Shown here one piece after another: positions 12,372 to 24,689 of a DNA stretch of 64,000 bases. The number at the start of each line of letters is the position of its first letter. The first letter of the stretch is position 1. Source of the DNA: Lama glama (Eukaryota); the NCBI GenBank assembly GCA_028534125.1, contig CM052818.1, positions 20,958,001-21,022,000 on the forward strand, in the 5' to 3' direction. The notes below the pieces were generated by a model that saw nothing but the letters and a program-made list of their open reading frames with translations, was not told the origin of the DNA and searched no databases. Both the position numbers and the translations under genes were made by a program.

Positions 12372-13926
12372 TTCAGGGGGTCTGTCAGGACAGGAATGGA
12401 GGACTTAAGGGGCAGGGATTTCTACCACCCACCTGCCATTTTAATAAGTCCAACTCTGCTTTTATCTAGTTAAAACAAAATCAACAGACAAAACAGATCC
12501 TCCCCTCTCTGTAGTCTGTGACCAAGGAAGAATCCTAGGTGTTACAGGAGAGATTTGGGCAGAGTGCCATTCATGGCCAGAGTTACTAACTCTCCCCAGG
12601 TAAGCCAAAGTTGCATTACAGGAGGAGTATAAACCTCTGTCGAGGACCAGCCGAGGTGTTCTGTTGTTGTAGTTGTCATTTTAAGGAATTGATCCTTACG
12701 ATGGTGAGTTACTGTTGAGAAAGCAGCTGCCTCCAGGAATGGATGCCTCCCTCTCCATCCTGTCCTCACATTGCCAGAAGAGCTTAAGACCAGAGCGTAC
12801 CCTCCCTCACCCCATAGATACAGCAGATACTGGGCTGGGGAGAGCCACCAGGACAGACAGAGGATGCTGCTGGAGTCTGTGAAATTTACAAGACATGCGG
12901 AAGTACCTCAGGGGTTAGAAATTGATACTTGAATGGGGAGGGGCGGGGTTACTGGGGAAAGGATGGAGATGGTTAGGGTTACCACCCCCTGGGGAGGAGA
13001 GGGTTAAAGGGAAGTGAGGGGAGAAGAGGTCAGCCAGGGAAGGAGGAAGCATCCTCATGACCTTTTCTAAAGGCCCAGGCAGTGAAGTGTGTCCCCTTGT
13101 GCAATGCAGAGAAGCAAAGTGTGAAACATGGGGCTCAAAATTGTATTTCCCTTTCCCCGCAATGCACTGCCTCGCTTTTTGTACCTTTGCTTTATAGCCT
13201 GAATATAGCCTGGTATCATCAGTAAAGAACAGCTTTGGACCCTCAGAAGAGTCAGTGGGGATTCAACCAAGAGAAGGCAGATGAGGAACGGTCTGGAGTA
13301 GGTTGGAGGCAACTGCTTTCCTGTGGTCTTGATGGGCATGGAGGGCCATCTTTCTGGACTACCAGGTCACGAGGAGCGTCTGCCTGTTGAAATAGCAGAG
13401 CAGAGCCTTCCAGCCTCTAAGCCATCTTCCCAAGAAGGAGCCAACAGTGGGCCCCTAAGAGACCCAAAAGGAAGGGGCCTATCCTGTGAGCCTTCGGTTT
13501 TAAATACAGGACTTCCACATGAAATTTCAATTTGAGTAAGAGTTCTATGGCTAAAACAGCCCTTTGTTCCCCGCAACGTTCCCAGTGAGTGGTCTTCTAC
13601 CTGTGGGAAAACAACCATGTGAAAAATACAAATGTGTATCAACTCACTCAGACGTGACATGATCAGGCTTTGGCTCTATTACTGGTTATAGGGAAAAATC
13701 TGGCTGCTGTGCTCAAACTGATATGTTCCCATAGGCAGTATCTTGATAACCAGTTGCAGGTGTACCGTGAGCATATTGTGGGTGCCTGAGTCATTTCTGG
13801 TGATTACTTAGTGGGTGACCATTCTGAAGTTTTCATTGTTGGCAGTGGAACACATCGGTTACCATGACCTTGGGAAGGCATTTTTGCTTCTGTCCTCAGC
13901 GCTGGACTAAGGAAGCTGCTCTGTGG

Positions 13927-14190
13927 AGAGCCTCTTCTAGCCCAAGACAGAAGACAGATTTTGAAGACTGCTGAAGAACTGCATTGATTTTAGACAGCCT
14001 TGAATGCCATGTTGAGTTTGGACATGACGTTGAGATTTTAAACAATTTCATGCTACCGATGGTACCGTACTAGATTTACCTTGCCACGCAGGAAAGCGAC
14101 ACCCCACATTTCCCTGTCCTGTGGCCTTCCTCACTCCAAGCTCCAGAAACTTGCAAAACCTGTCTTCTGTCTTGGGCTGGAAGAGGCTCT
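13927..14190. repeat. 37-bp inverted repeat (35/37) with 190-bp spacer
   Basis: 13927-13963 agagcctcttctagcccaagacagaagacagattttg versus 14154-14190 caaaacctgtcttctgtcttgggctggaagaggctct. Confidence 0.95.
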
Positions 14191-15253
14191 GGCTTTGCCC
14201 ACAGTCCCCTGAGAATCCAGATGTTCTCACTGCGGGGAAGGAGCTCATTTAAAAAAATCCAATAGCTTGTAATGAGATGCAATTTTCTCTTGAAAGCAAT
14301 TAGTGTCTGCTAATCTCTCTGCACACAACTGCTTTCAAGAATAAATTCCAGGTTCCATACAATACCCCATAAATCATATAAAAAGATGTCTTTTCTTTTA
14401 ATGCATTTTATTTTTAAACATCAGACTTCAGCTTTTAAGTAGTGAAGGATCCCAAAGCACAAACTCCCTTCTCACCAGCGATGTGAGAGTTTATATATGA
14501 AATTCTGGATTGATTAGAATCCAATTTATGTTGTTGATGAGCTAGTCGGTGCCGCTCCTCCTCACTGTTGTTTTCAGGTGAGACGCAAGTGAAAAAGCAC
14601 TGGTGCTTCTAGGTAATCTGTGGGATTCTGAATGGAGGATGAGAAGTAGTTAAAACGAAACAAAATAGGGACAGCCAAAAGAGATCCACCATGTACGTCT
14701 GGCCCACCTACGTGATGAGGAGAGAGGAATTGGGAGGGGACGGCAGGAGAGGAACTGGTCGGGGAGGAGAGGAGGAATTATTCTAGGGCACGGAGCACCT
14801 TGATGCTGGGGAGGTGGGTGGGGGTCTAGGGCTCTTCCCAAAATGGGACACCAGGGACCTGACAAGGAGCCCCGGAAATGCTAAAATACAACAGTAGTTA
14901 TTTCAAAATTCTACTTAAAACCAATTCTGTGTCAGGAAGGAGGGCTGTCCTGCCCCTAAGACCCAGAACTAGTGTATTATCCTTCAGCTGCATTCTGGGG
15001 TGCATAGACTAACAAGCACAGTAGGATTTTGCTGGGAATCTTTGCTCTCAGCTAACTTTTGGGGCACAGAGGACTTGAAACTGGGGCTCCCTGAGCCTGG
15101 TGTGTCCGTTTTCAGGCAGGCCCTCCTTGGAACGTGATGTTGGGATAGAAAGGTTTTTTCCCTCAGGGGGTACATTCAAACATCCAAAATGGGTTCCCTC
15201 AGTACAATGACTGAACGAGGAGATACCCAGATGCACTCAGAGGTTTAGCTTTG

Positions 15254-15760
15254 GGATATTCATACACCCACATTCATAACAGCATTCTTCACGACAGCTA
15301 AGACATGGAAGCAACCCAAGTGTCCACTGATGGACGGATAAGCAAAATGTGGCGTTTACACACAATAGAATATTATTCAGCCTTAAAAAGGAAGGGAATT
15401 CTGACACATACTACAACATTGATGAATCTTAAGGATGTTAATACTAAGTGAAGTAAGCCAGTCACACAAAGACAAATTCTGTATGATTCCACTTACACGA
15501 GGTTCCTAGAATCATCAAATTCACAGAGAAGGTGGAATGGTGGTTGTAAGAGGCTGAGCAGAGGAGGAAATAGGAAGTTGCTGTTCGATGGGTACAGAGT
15601 TTCAGTTTTACAAGATGAAAAGAGCTTGGGGACTGGATACTGGTGATGGTGCACGAGATCATGAATGTATTTACCCCATCTGACCTGTACACTCAAAAAT
15701 GGTTGTGATGGCAAGTTTTATGTCACATATATTTTATCACAACAAAAAATAGACAAAAAA
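15254..15760 (+). mobile_element. L1MB-type 3' end
   Basis: 'ggaagcaacccaagtgtccactgatgga...tattattcagccttaaaaaggaaggg...tgtatgattccacttac...aaaaatggtt...tatattttatcacaa' plus A-rich end. Confidence 0.9.
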
Positions 15761-16119
15761 GTTTATCTTCAAACCACTCACTCCTGACCAGAGGCAAGGG
15801 CTACCTGAGTCCTTTGATGATTCTTTAGGCAGGAAGATGGACCAATTCTTAAATAAGAAGCAATGGAAAAGTTAGATTCTATTTATGAAAATGCCATCTA
15901 GAGAAAATTTTCATGTTTGTGCTGTGCCTTTTACAAGATGTGAAGCCCACTAAGCAGAAATTCTCCAGAGCACTGGAGGTTTTCCTGCTCTCCTCCAAAT
16001 AGAATGGTGACCACAGCTGTGGGGGAGTTAGTATTTCTCAGGAGAATTTGCTCTCAGGAGTCCCACTCCACATGCCAGTGTGATGTAGGGGAACCCTGGT
16101 AACTCAGTGCACTGAATAT

Positions 16120-16222
16120 CAGCCTGGGGTTCAAATCCCTCTCTGCCACTTAACCAATTAAGGGATCTTAGAGAATTGACTTAAGCTTTCTGAGCCTCAG
16201 ACTTCTTATCTGTAACAAGGGA
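16120..16222 (+). mobile_element. MIR, 5' part (interrupted by MLT1)
   Basis: 'ggttcaaatccctctctgccactta...ctgagcctcagacttcttatctgtaa'. Confidence 0.75.
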
Positions 16223-16685
16223 TGTATGGGGTAGCTCTTACTGAATAACAAACTACCCGAAAACGTGATGGCTTACAACAAGAAACATTTCTTGTGACTT
16301 CCTGTAATCCTGTAGGTTAACTGGGCATTCTTCGGGTCTGGGAAGTCTCAGCTGTGTCTGGATGGTCTAGGATGGCCTCACTCCTGTGCTTGTGGCCCCG
16401 GCTGGCGTGGTTGAAATGGCTGGGGTCATCCCCACACGGTCTCTCATCCTCTGGGAGGCTAGTCTGTGCTTGTTCACATAACAGTGAAATGGTTCAAAGC
16501 AGCAAGAGAAGGCAAGCCCTGATGCAGACAATTTTCAAGCCCCCGTTTGCACTGTGTTTGCTAATGTCTCACTGGCCAAAGTAAGAAGATAGACAATACC
16601 AGATTCAAAGGATGGAGAAAAGGATTCTATCTTTTGATGGGATGAGGTAGAAAATAGTGTAGTTTTTTTTTTGCATTCTACCACA
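16223..16685 (-). mobile_element. MLT1-family MaLR LTR
   Basis: 'aataacaaactacccgaaaacgtgatggcttacaacaa...cactggccaaagtaag...gcattctaccaca'. Confidence 0.8.
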
Positions 16686-16689
16686 AAGC

Positions 16690-16830
16690 TTAATACAAAA
16701 GCTACCTCAGTGGGTTATTGTGAGGCTCATGTGAAAGAATAATGTGGAAATAAATCTCTCGGCATGGTCCTGGCACATAGTAGGCCTCTCGGCATGGTCC
16801 TGGCACATAGTAGGCCTTCCATGATGGCAG
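16690..16830 (+). mobile_element. MIR, 3' part, containing a perfect 30-bp tandem duplication
   Basis: 'ctacctcagtgggttattgtgagg...cctggcacatagtagg'; unit ctctcggcatggtcctggcacatagtaggc at 16756-16785 and 16786-16815. Confidence 0.8.
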
Positions 16831-18099
16831 TTTCCTCCATCTCCTTCTTGATTAAGAACACATCTTTATGAAAGACATGATAGATCTGTTGACTCCAATT
16901 CCATTCTCTCCCAGAGCATGAGGAAATTGAAGCCATGTGGGACTTAATAAGAGATCAAATAGTGCCTGAAATGTCCCAGGGCAGCAGCCCTGTCCCTAGA
17001 GCCTGGGGCGGCCCCTGTGATGAGCCTTCCCTGCCTGGTGCTCTGAGCCCCTCTTCTCCCAGACTGCTGCAGGTCGGTCTTTTTTTCATTACAGATTGCT
17101 CATAAGCACACACATCCCCAGATGCCTGCATAAAAGATGGTATTAAAGTTGTGTAATGGTGGCGTGAGCCTTGTTAGGATTAGGACAGCAGTAAGCTGTT
17201 CGCCAGAGCTCGGGCCTGTAGTAGGAAGAGCCTTGGGAACCTGCACACGCTCCCCAGGGCAAGCTGACCTCCATCCCCTGTAAGTCTGGAGGCAGGAAGA
17301 TAACTGGGCTGTGCAATCTGATGGTGAATCAGTTATCAAGGGAATCAGAATTAGTGCAGGACAGAGACCTCTGAGGAGGGAAACCCTGGGGGACAGAAGA
17401 GAAACATTTGAGATCTTCAAAGGACTCTGCTGACGAATTTTTTCTGAGGCAGGCTCCGTGGTACTTGGCACCTGTCAGGGAGCGCTGCCCTGCATGTGGA
17501 TGACACTTCACAGGGGACCAGGCTTCTTGCTCTTGCTGGGTCCTACCTATCAACAGCCCAGTGAGCCTGGCAGGAGCATGAGCCCCATTTTACACATGTG
17601 GACACTGAGGTTGCAGAACCCAGGGCTGTCACTCCCTTCCCAGGAATGTTCTTTCCTCTGCATCTGTCAGCCCCTTCTGCGCCTTGATCTTGAACCAGCT
17701 GTATTCACTGACGGTGCTAGTGCTGATGGGACAGTTAGTGGCCTGTGTAATACGCACACGTTAACAAGTACGAGTGTGTGTTGTGTGTATAGTGGATGAT
17801 AAATCATCCTTGGTCTCTTGCCATAGTAGCATCCAGAGTTCTTGCAATGGCCGATGCAAATCTCATGACGAATATTGGGCTTAATGGGAAATACTGCAAA
17901 AACATGAGCCTGGAGGGCAAACAAAGCTGAAAGCTAGAAAATGGGCCACTGCTCCTTAGAGCACTGGTCAGAACCAGAGTGGAAGAGAAAGCAAGGCTTT
18001 GGAAGGCTATGGTGATAATGATTATGATATTGTACATTTGTTAAACCTTTTCTGTGTACTAAAAAACATACTAAAAATTTTCATGGGTTGTTTCCTCTT

Positions 18100-18532
18100 A
18101 TGATCACAGCCCCCCCATTACTCATTACCACCCACGTTCAGTGCCCTCATGTGTGCTTCTCTTCTCCTAGGCACCAGCTTGATTATGCCTTCCCACACCC
18201 TTGCTGGAGTCAGGGCTGCGGGACTAGTTTTGACCAGTTACTGGTGAATGGAAGTGGTGTGTGTCATTTCTGGGTCAAAGCATTGAACAGTCTCTGTGAG
18301 GCTCTCTAGGATCCCATTCTAATCGTGGAAGCGTGTGGTAGTCAGGAGTGGCACACGGTTGAAATAGCCTGGATTGTTGACCTTCCATATGGGGGACAAC
18401 TGCCTTGGAAGGTCCCTAGACCTGTCACCAACTTTGCTTGCAGAAGAAACAAGCCCTTGATGTTTCAATCCATTGAAATTTTGGGGGCTGTCTGTTATTG
18501 CAGCACAAGCTAGCATATTCTGCCTAATGAAC
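18100..18532 (+). mobile_element. MLT1-family MaLR LTR
   Basis: 'ggaagtggtgtgtgtcatttctggg...ccattgaaattttgggggctgtctgttattgcagcacaagctagcatattctgcctaat'. Confidence 0.75.
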
Positions 18533-18534
18533 AC

Positions 18535-18665
18535 CCTCATGTTACAGATGAGGAAATTCGGGCTCTGAATAGGTCAGAAACTTGCCCAAGGCCCATTGGT
18601 CGTAAGTGGGAACGCCAGAGTTTGAACCCTGATGTGGCCCCAGAGCCCAAGCACTAAACTACCAT
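18535..18665 (-). mobile_element. MIR SINE
   Basis: 'ttacagatgaggaaattcgggctc...acttgcccaagg...tttgaaccc'. Confidence 0.75.
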
Positions 18666-21617
18666 GATACAATTCCATATGCAGACGTCATGGCCAATGG
18701 AAAGTCATAAAAGGACTTTTCAAACTGGAGGTGCCTTGATGACAGCAAGGTTTATGGGAGCCTGACCGGGCGAAGATGTGGAAGGTGACACCCTACTTCT
18801 TGTAACTGACAGTATTATCCTCGCTTCTCTACACCTGGGAAGCCCAGACCCAAATTTACAGTTCCCTTTAGCAAAGATTTTTGTGTAGCAACCAGGATTC
18901 ATCTTATTTTTTTCTACCCTTGTTTTTCAGTTATTTGCTATAATAATATCATCATCATCATCATCTCTCTCTCTTAAAAAAAATTTCTGTGCACTTCTAT
19001 AAGCATCCACAAATCCTACTTGGAATCATAAATAAAGATAATTCTAGGAAAATAATTTCACAGAATGACTGGCTCCGAGTTTCAGCCTGTAGGAACTACA
19101 GAAGCTCTGAGAGAGGAAAGTCCAGCCACCTCAAGTAATCCTGAGGTACAGAGACAGGAAGTAATATTCCTGGGGTCATGGGACAGGGAGAGCCAGGTTG
19201 AAAGGGAACCCAGGTATCCTGAATCTGGGCAGGTTCTAGAACACCACCCTGTGGGGTAGGGCCACGTTGGCGGTGGGGGTGCCCCCTTGAGGAGGGCAGA
19301 GCCCCCTGTTGTCCAGAAACAGCTTTCTGAGCAGCCAAAACATTCCATAGTAGGGAGCTAATTCTTCGAGGTCTTGATTACTCTTCATTTTTCAAGGTCT
19401 CAGTGAAAGGTGCTACTGTCCCAGGGAATGGAGCAAGCGTCAGCTGTGTTTCAGGGGAGTCTCCAGAGGGGACGGGGAGCAAAATCCCTGGGGATACAAC
19501 TGAGCCAGGCTGTCCCAATGCCTGAGGCGTGGAGATGGCAAGGGTGTGTGTGCATCTGGGGTGAAAGAAGCAAAAACTATGTCTTTTCCCTAAGGCCCTG
19601 GGCCCCCTGTTGGCCTCTTTCAACCTAGGACTGTGGTAGGGAAGAGGAGACAGACGGGAAAAGGCCTGCTTGGCAGCTTTACCAAAGGCTGACCTGGCAG
19701 AGTCACCAGGTACCTCTGTGTGCCCTTGAGAAAGATTGTGCCTGCAGGGTTTGAAGCAGGATTTGGAGCTGGGTTTGAAGCTCTGCTCCATCCTTCTGGA
19801 GGCAGAGAGAGCTGGAGTGCTCAGATGAGCCTCTTGCCTGCGCAGTCTGAGGATGAGTGAGGAGCCCGGAGAGCGGAACAATAAACTGTGCAGGGAAGTG
19901 GCCAGAGCAAGAACTCAGAAGCATTGAGCCCTCCCAATGACAGTTCCAGGTCTCGCTACCTCTCTGGCCTCTTGGCTCAAAGGTGCCGTGGCTGTGGGGA
20001 CCTTGTGACCTCAGGGTCCCTGATGGCACCCAGCCATGCCCAGCCTTTCATGAGACGCATGTGTGCATGCATGTGTCTGACTGTGCGTGTGAGGCCCGCC
20101 AACGTCTATTACATGAAGAAACATCTGTTTTCTGCAGAACATCCACAGTATCAGATGTTTTACTGCAAGGAACCCATTTTTTTAATAAAACGAAAATGAG
20201 ACATGGAAATCAAGGTAACCACATTTTAAATGTTTATGGAAGATAAAGGTTTAACCACAAGTCTTTCATCAAATGGAGGACAGTAGAGAAAAGTTGAGGG
20301 GATGCCCTTTGGCTGTCCTCGCCTGTGCGGTGAAACCTCACAGTCTCACCTCATATAGTACAGGGGCCCTGCAGGCAGCTGGAAATATTTAGCAATGTGT
20401 CTAAATGTTGTTCTTAGCGTCCCTGCCATTGGGCCTGTCCGGTCTCGGCTGTTGGGAGAGAGATTTGTTCAAATGAAAAGCCCAGACTCAAGTGTGGCGG
20501 GCGGATGGCACCCCGGGGTATGCGGCAGCAAAAGGTGCGAGGCCTCGGCTGGGAGGATGGGCCTCCCGTCCGATTGTCTGATTCCCAAGCTGGGAGGGTG
20601 TGAGCATATGGAGACAGGAGGGCCTGGCTGACTTGCTCCTTTGTTCCTGGTTTCCTGGGATCTGGGGACACTGGGTCTGTGGAAACAGAAGGAGCGAGTT
20701 CGAGCCTCTTTCTGAAGTTCTGTGGAGGACTTTGTCTACTTAGATAGTGACCACATAGACCTTTGGTGAAAAACCAAGTGAATAAAGTAAAGGCATTTTC
20801 TCTGCCATTACCAGGTCACGAGGATGGAAAAGAACCTTCTTGCCCATTTCAAGGTTCCTTCCTCCTAGGACTGATGTGTATTGCTACTTTATCTCATTTT
20901 TCTCAGCAGATTTTCTCATTTCCATGGGAAATGATGGGAAAATGAGGGGCCCAAAACCTCCCGACATGGTTCTGAGGTTGCCTGGGGCACAAGCAAGGAG
21001 AAGGGACTGTGGTGGGGCTCCCCTCAGGGTGGCACTCCCTCCCCTCCCCTCCCCTCCCTTCTGCAAAGTGGTGAGTCAGTTGCTTTCCTTTGGATCTGAA
21101 GTAACTTTTCCATTTGAGAGCAATCCCTCATTCTGCAGCCCCATGGCAGGGACTTATCTCTCTCACCATCAGCTGCCGTGTCCCCTGAAGCACATAAAGT
21201 GTAGGATGGAGTGAGGGATCGAGTTGAATTATGTGACCTGCAGTTTACGGTGGGGGCCCACCGGACATCCGATCCAGTGCCTGAGCTCAGTTACCATGAC
21301 TCTGGCTGCCCGGCTGATTAGACTTTCCTGAAACCGGAGTGGTTCTTGAGGGAGAGGGTGCCAGGGAGAAGGTAGGGTCCAAGAGACCTGTGAGCTCCGT
21401 GTGGCAGCTCGTCCTGGGCACGCTTTGGGTCTCCGTGGTCTCATCACTGCTCAGACCCCCAAAGAGTCCAGGTAGTGGTTGTCAGGGGGCGGGGGTTGTT
21501 GGAGGAATGAAGTGAGACCGAGCCCACTGGGGACGGCTTTGACGTTCCTATGAAATGGGGTTAGGGAACAAGAGTTATCTTCCTCCTCACCAGTCCGAAC
21601 CCAAGCCGTGTTCATCT

Positions 21618-21630
21618 TGCTGAGTCAGCA
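21618..21630. promoter_or_regulatory. Perfect T-MARE (MAF recognition element) motif
   Basis: TGCTGAGTCAGCA, exact 13-bp consensus; function untested. Confidence 0.45.
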
Positions 21631-22069
21631 GGAACTAGAATATAAATGGGTTTTCAATCGGGGCAGTGAAACCAGAGGTATTTCCTAGACTCACAAACCT
21701 CTTATGCTATTAAGTAAACTGGAGGATTCTGCTTGGCCCCTGAGATTGGTCTTTATTAGAGCTGCCACGATCCAGCTGTTTGGCAAAGAGTTGCCCACAG
21801 AACAATGTTCTGTTTTCTTAGGCATATGATACAGGAATATTTGCAAAACCTTGAGACGTGCCAGTCTGGCCAGGGTTCTTTCCAAGGGTCTCTGCAGCCT
21901 GAGACTCTGATTCTGGGAATCCCAGGGTGCATTAGGCCAACATGGAAACGCTTGAGGAACTCCAAAGTCGTCTATAACCAGATGTTAGAACAAACCCACA
22001 ACTTAGAGCCAGGCCCAAGCAAGGGTCTCAAAAAATATTTGTTGAATGAATAACTTTGAATAAGAATCA

Positions 22070-22260
22070 GGAGACCCAGATCCTGGCCCTGGTTCTGATA
22101 TTTGCTAACTAAGTGTTTTAAAATAAAACTTAGAACTTCTGAGCCTCAGTTTCCATTCTGTGAAAGGACCTGTAAATACCTGTCTTGGACACCTCCGAGG
22201 CCTGCTTTGAGAATCAAAGGAGAGAGGGAATGTGAAAGTGTGTTATGTCCTGCAAGGCCT
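22070..22260 (+). mobile_element. MIR SINE
   Basis: 'acttctgagcctcagtttccattctgtgaaa...tgagaatcaaaggaga...tgtgaaagtg'. Confidence 0.65.
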
Positions 22261-22464
22261 TCAAAAGGCACCCATGTTACTGTCTTCCTTTTGTACCCAG
22301 CAGAGTCCCTTGGTAACCAGCCGTGACCTTTGTTCACACAAAGGCGCCTTTTAGGAGCGGTTTCTGTTCCAGCCATTGCCAGCTCTTCGGGGGAGCTGCT
22401 CCCTTGGTTTTCTCTGAAGGTGTGATGTAGGGCAGTCTTACCTGTGCCTTTCTACTGCTCTCAA

Positions 22465-22560
22465 GTGCGTGCACGTGTGTGTGTGTGTGTGAGAGAGGGA
22501 GATGGATGTGTGTGTGATGTGGGTGTGTGTGATGTGCGTGTATGTGATGTGGGTGGGGAT
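22465..22560. repeat. (TG)n microsatellite and degenerate TG-rich extension
   Basis: gtgcgtgcacgtgtgtgtgtgtgtgtga...tgtgtgtgatgtg repeats. Confidence 0.85.
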
Positions 22561-24689
22561 GGGATGTAGTCTGATTCAAGGAGAATTGTTTTCAAGATCT
22601 CGATTCCTCTCAACATTTGTCTTTCTCACTGGAGGACCTCAGCTGTCTAGGGTCGCCCTAGGCAGCCACATCTCTCTCCACTCCACATCACTCCTTGCTC
22701 CCAGCCAGCTTGAGTTGGCTTCAGTTCTCTAGGAAAGTGGAACTCCTTTTTGGGGGATCCAGCCTTGCCCTTGTTGGTAATAACAAAGTAATGACAGCTC
22801 ATCTTGTTCTAGAACTTTCCACATAGAAACCATTTATCCATAATAAAACTGCTGCCAATGTCATAGTCACCATGCTAAGCACTTTACACACCATAAATAA
22901 TGACAAACTAAGACAAATAATGTGGCATTGATGAGGAAGGGTTAAAGTTTATAATATATAAAGAGCTCTTAGGAACCAAGATAAGCTGTGTCCCAAAAGA
23001 AAAAGTGGATAAGGGACAAGAATTAGTGGTTTGCAAAAGAAGAAATATCCCAATCTCATGATATTTTTCCACAGGCCAGTCTCCTTTTTATGGATGAGAT
23101 AACTGAGGCCAGAGGGGTTAAATTTACACAACTAGTGGTTCTGATCTAGAATATGAACCCAACTGGGTTCAGAATCCAGGCAGGGGTCAGTAGCGTTCTC
23201 ATTTTATAGATGATAAAGCTGAAGTGCTCTCTGTCTCCGTTTGAACTCATGCCACTCAGAGGTGTGATTGCTTTTGACACCTGCTTAGCCAGCTTGCTTG
23301 CTGACTGGAGAAGTAGCGGGTATAGGAATTTGGGAACGGGAATCAGGGTTTGGGGTAGGGGAGGGCTAGGGGTGCTTGGGCTGGCTGAAGTTAAAAATGA
23401 TCAGTTAGAAATGTAGGTCTGCCTCTCCCACAGCCACTTGGCTGGCCAGCGGCTGGGCCAGGCCTCAGCCAGGCCCTCTGAATGCAGAGCTGAAGCTTTC
23501 TGTGCTGCACCTTGTAACCCAGCCCTCCAATGATGGCCAGATGTGGGCACAGAGGAGCCAGTGAAATGTAAGTACAGCTTGATTTCTGCAGCCTGCTGAG
23601 CTGCGGTGAATACCTAATCTGGGGAGATCTCTGATTCCTTGACTCAGAAATTAGCGTGTAAGTGTGGAAACCTAATAGCTAAACAGAGACAAAGTCTCTA
23701 ATGAACCTAGTAAGTTTTAATTGTTTCTATGTGTAATCTGAAATGACCTGGCTGGCTGGCTGGGGCTGGGGCTGGGACCAGGGCCCCTTCTTTATGTAAT
23801 ACATGTTTGCTACCAGCTGCGGAGGGAGACTTCCTGTCTGTATTATTAATATGATATAGGCCTTTGGTTTCCAGTATCATCTCTTTGGAATTTCTGTCTC
23901 AGATCCTGTGCAAATGAACATAATCCCTGGCAGGAAAGGCGTTTCAGAGTCCTGGCATCAGGCTTGGGGCCTCTGGGTTTCACGTGAGGAATGCCAGATG
24001 CTGTTGGCCTTTCCCCCATCACCATCTCTGCACTGCAGGAGTCACCCTCCACCCATCCCCCACCAACTGGGTCTGAGTTTAACTCTGGAGTCTTGGGGTG
24101 CTCTCGCTGGAAGGGGGGCTGGCTCATGTGGGCTGTCATCCAGGACTTTCCCAGGATGGAGGATGCAGGACAATTTTCTAAATGTCTCGATAACTAGAAA
24201 GGACTGGGGAGGGGTCACAGCCCAACTTCCATGTTTTTAATTAGCAGGAGAAATCTTTACTCTTTAAATGAGACTGTGCTGTACTTCCCACACTTTATTA
24301 AATCATACCATGTGCAGAAGAGAATTGTTGGACATTCTAAAGAAAGTAGACAAGGCTGCTCAGAGCCAGAGGAAGCTCCTGGTCCAAGGGCTCTGGCTTC
24401 CCCAACAGCTGAGGAAAATGTGTCTCAGTCAACCTGTAACCTGTCAAGACCTGCCAAGGTGCCACAGTCAGGTGGCTGGGAAGCTCTGGTAGGAATATGT
24501 GGAATGGCCTTACTGAAGACTGTCAGGCTGCCATTCATTTGTTTTACGTTTGCACTATAAACACTATTGAGCAACTGTCCTATGTCAGGCACCAGGTGCT
24601 GGCAAATGGATAGTAAGAGGGGCAAATGCAGGTCCACGTCATCCCTGGCCTCACGGAACTGAGGGTGACAAGCATACAAGTAAGTGGGT

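Noticed and set aside
12584..12599. Perfect TACTAAC branch point before a CAG
   Set aside because: The branch A is only ~10 nt from the AG, closer than usual for a functional acceptor; kept only as a weak member of the AG|GT series
19378..19881. 167-aa minus-strand ORF
   Set aside because: Non-ATG start, low-information S/P/A/R-rich composition and no recognisable domain; expected by chance in GC-rich DNA
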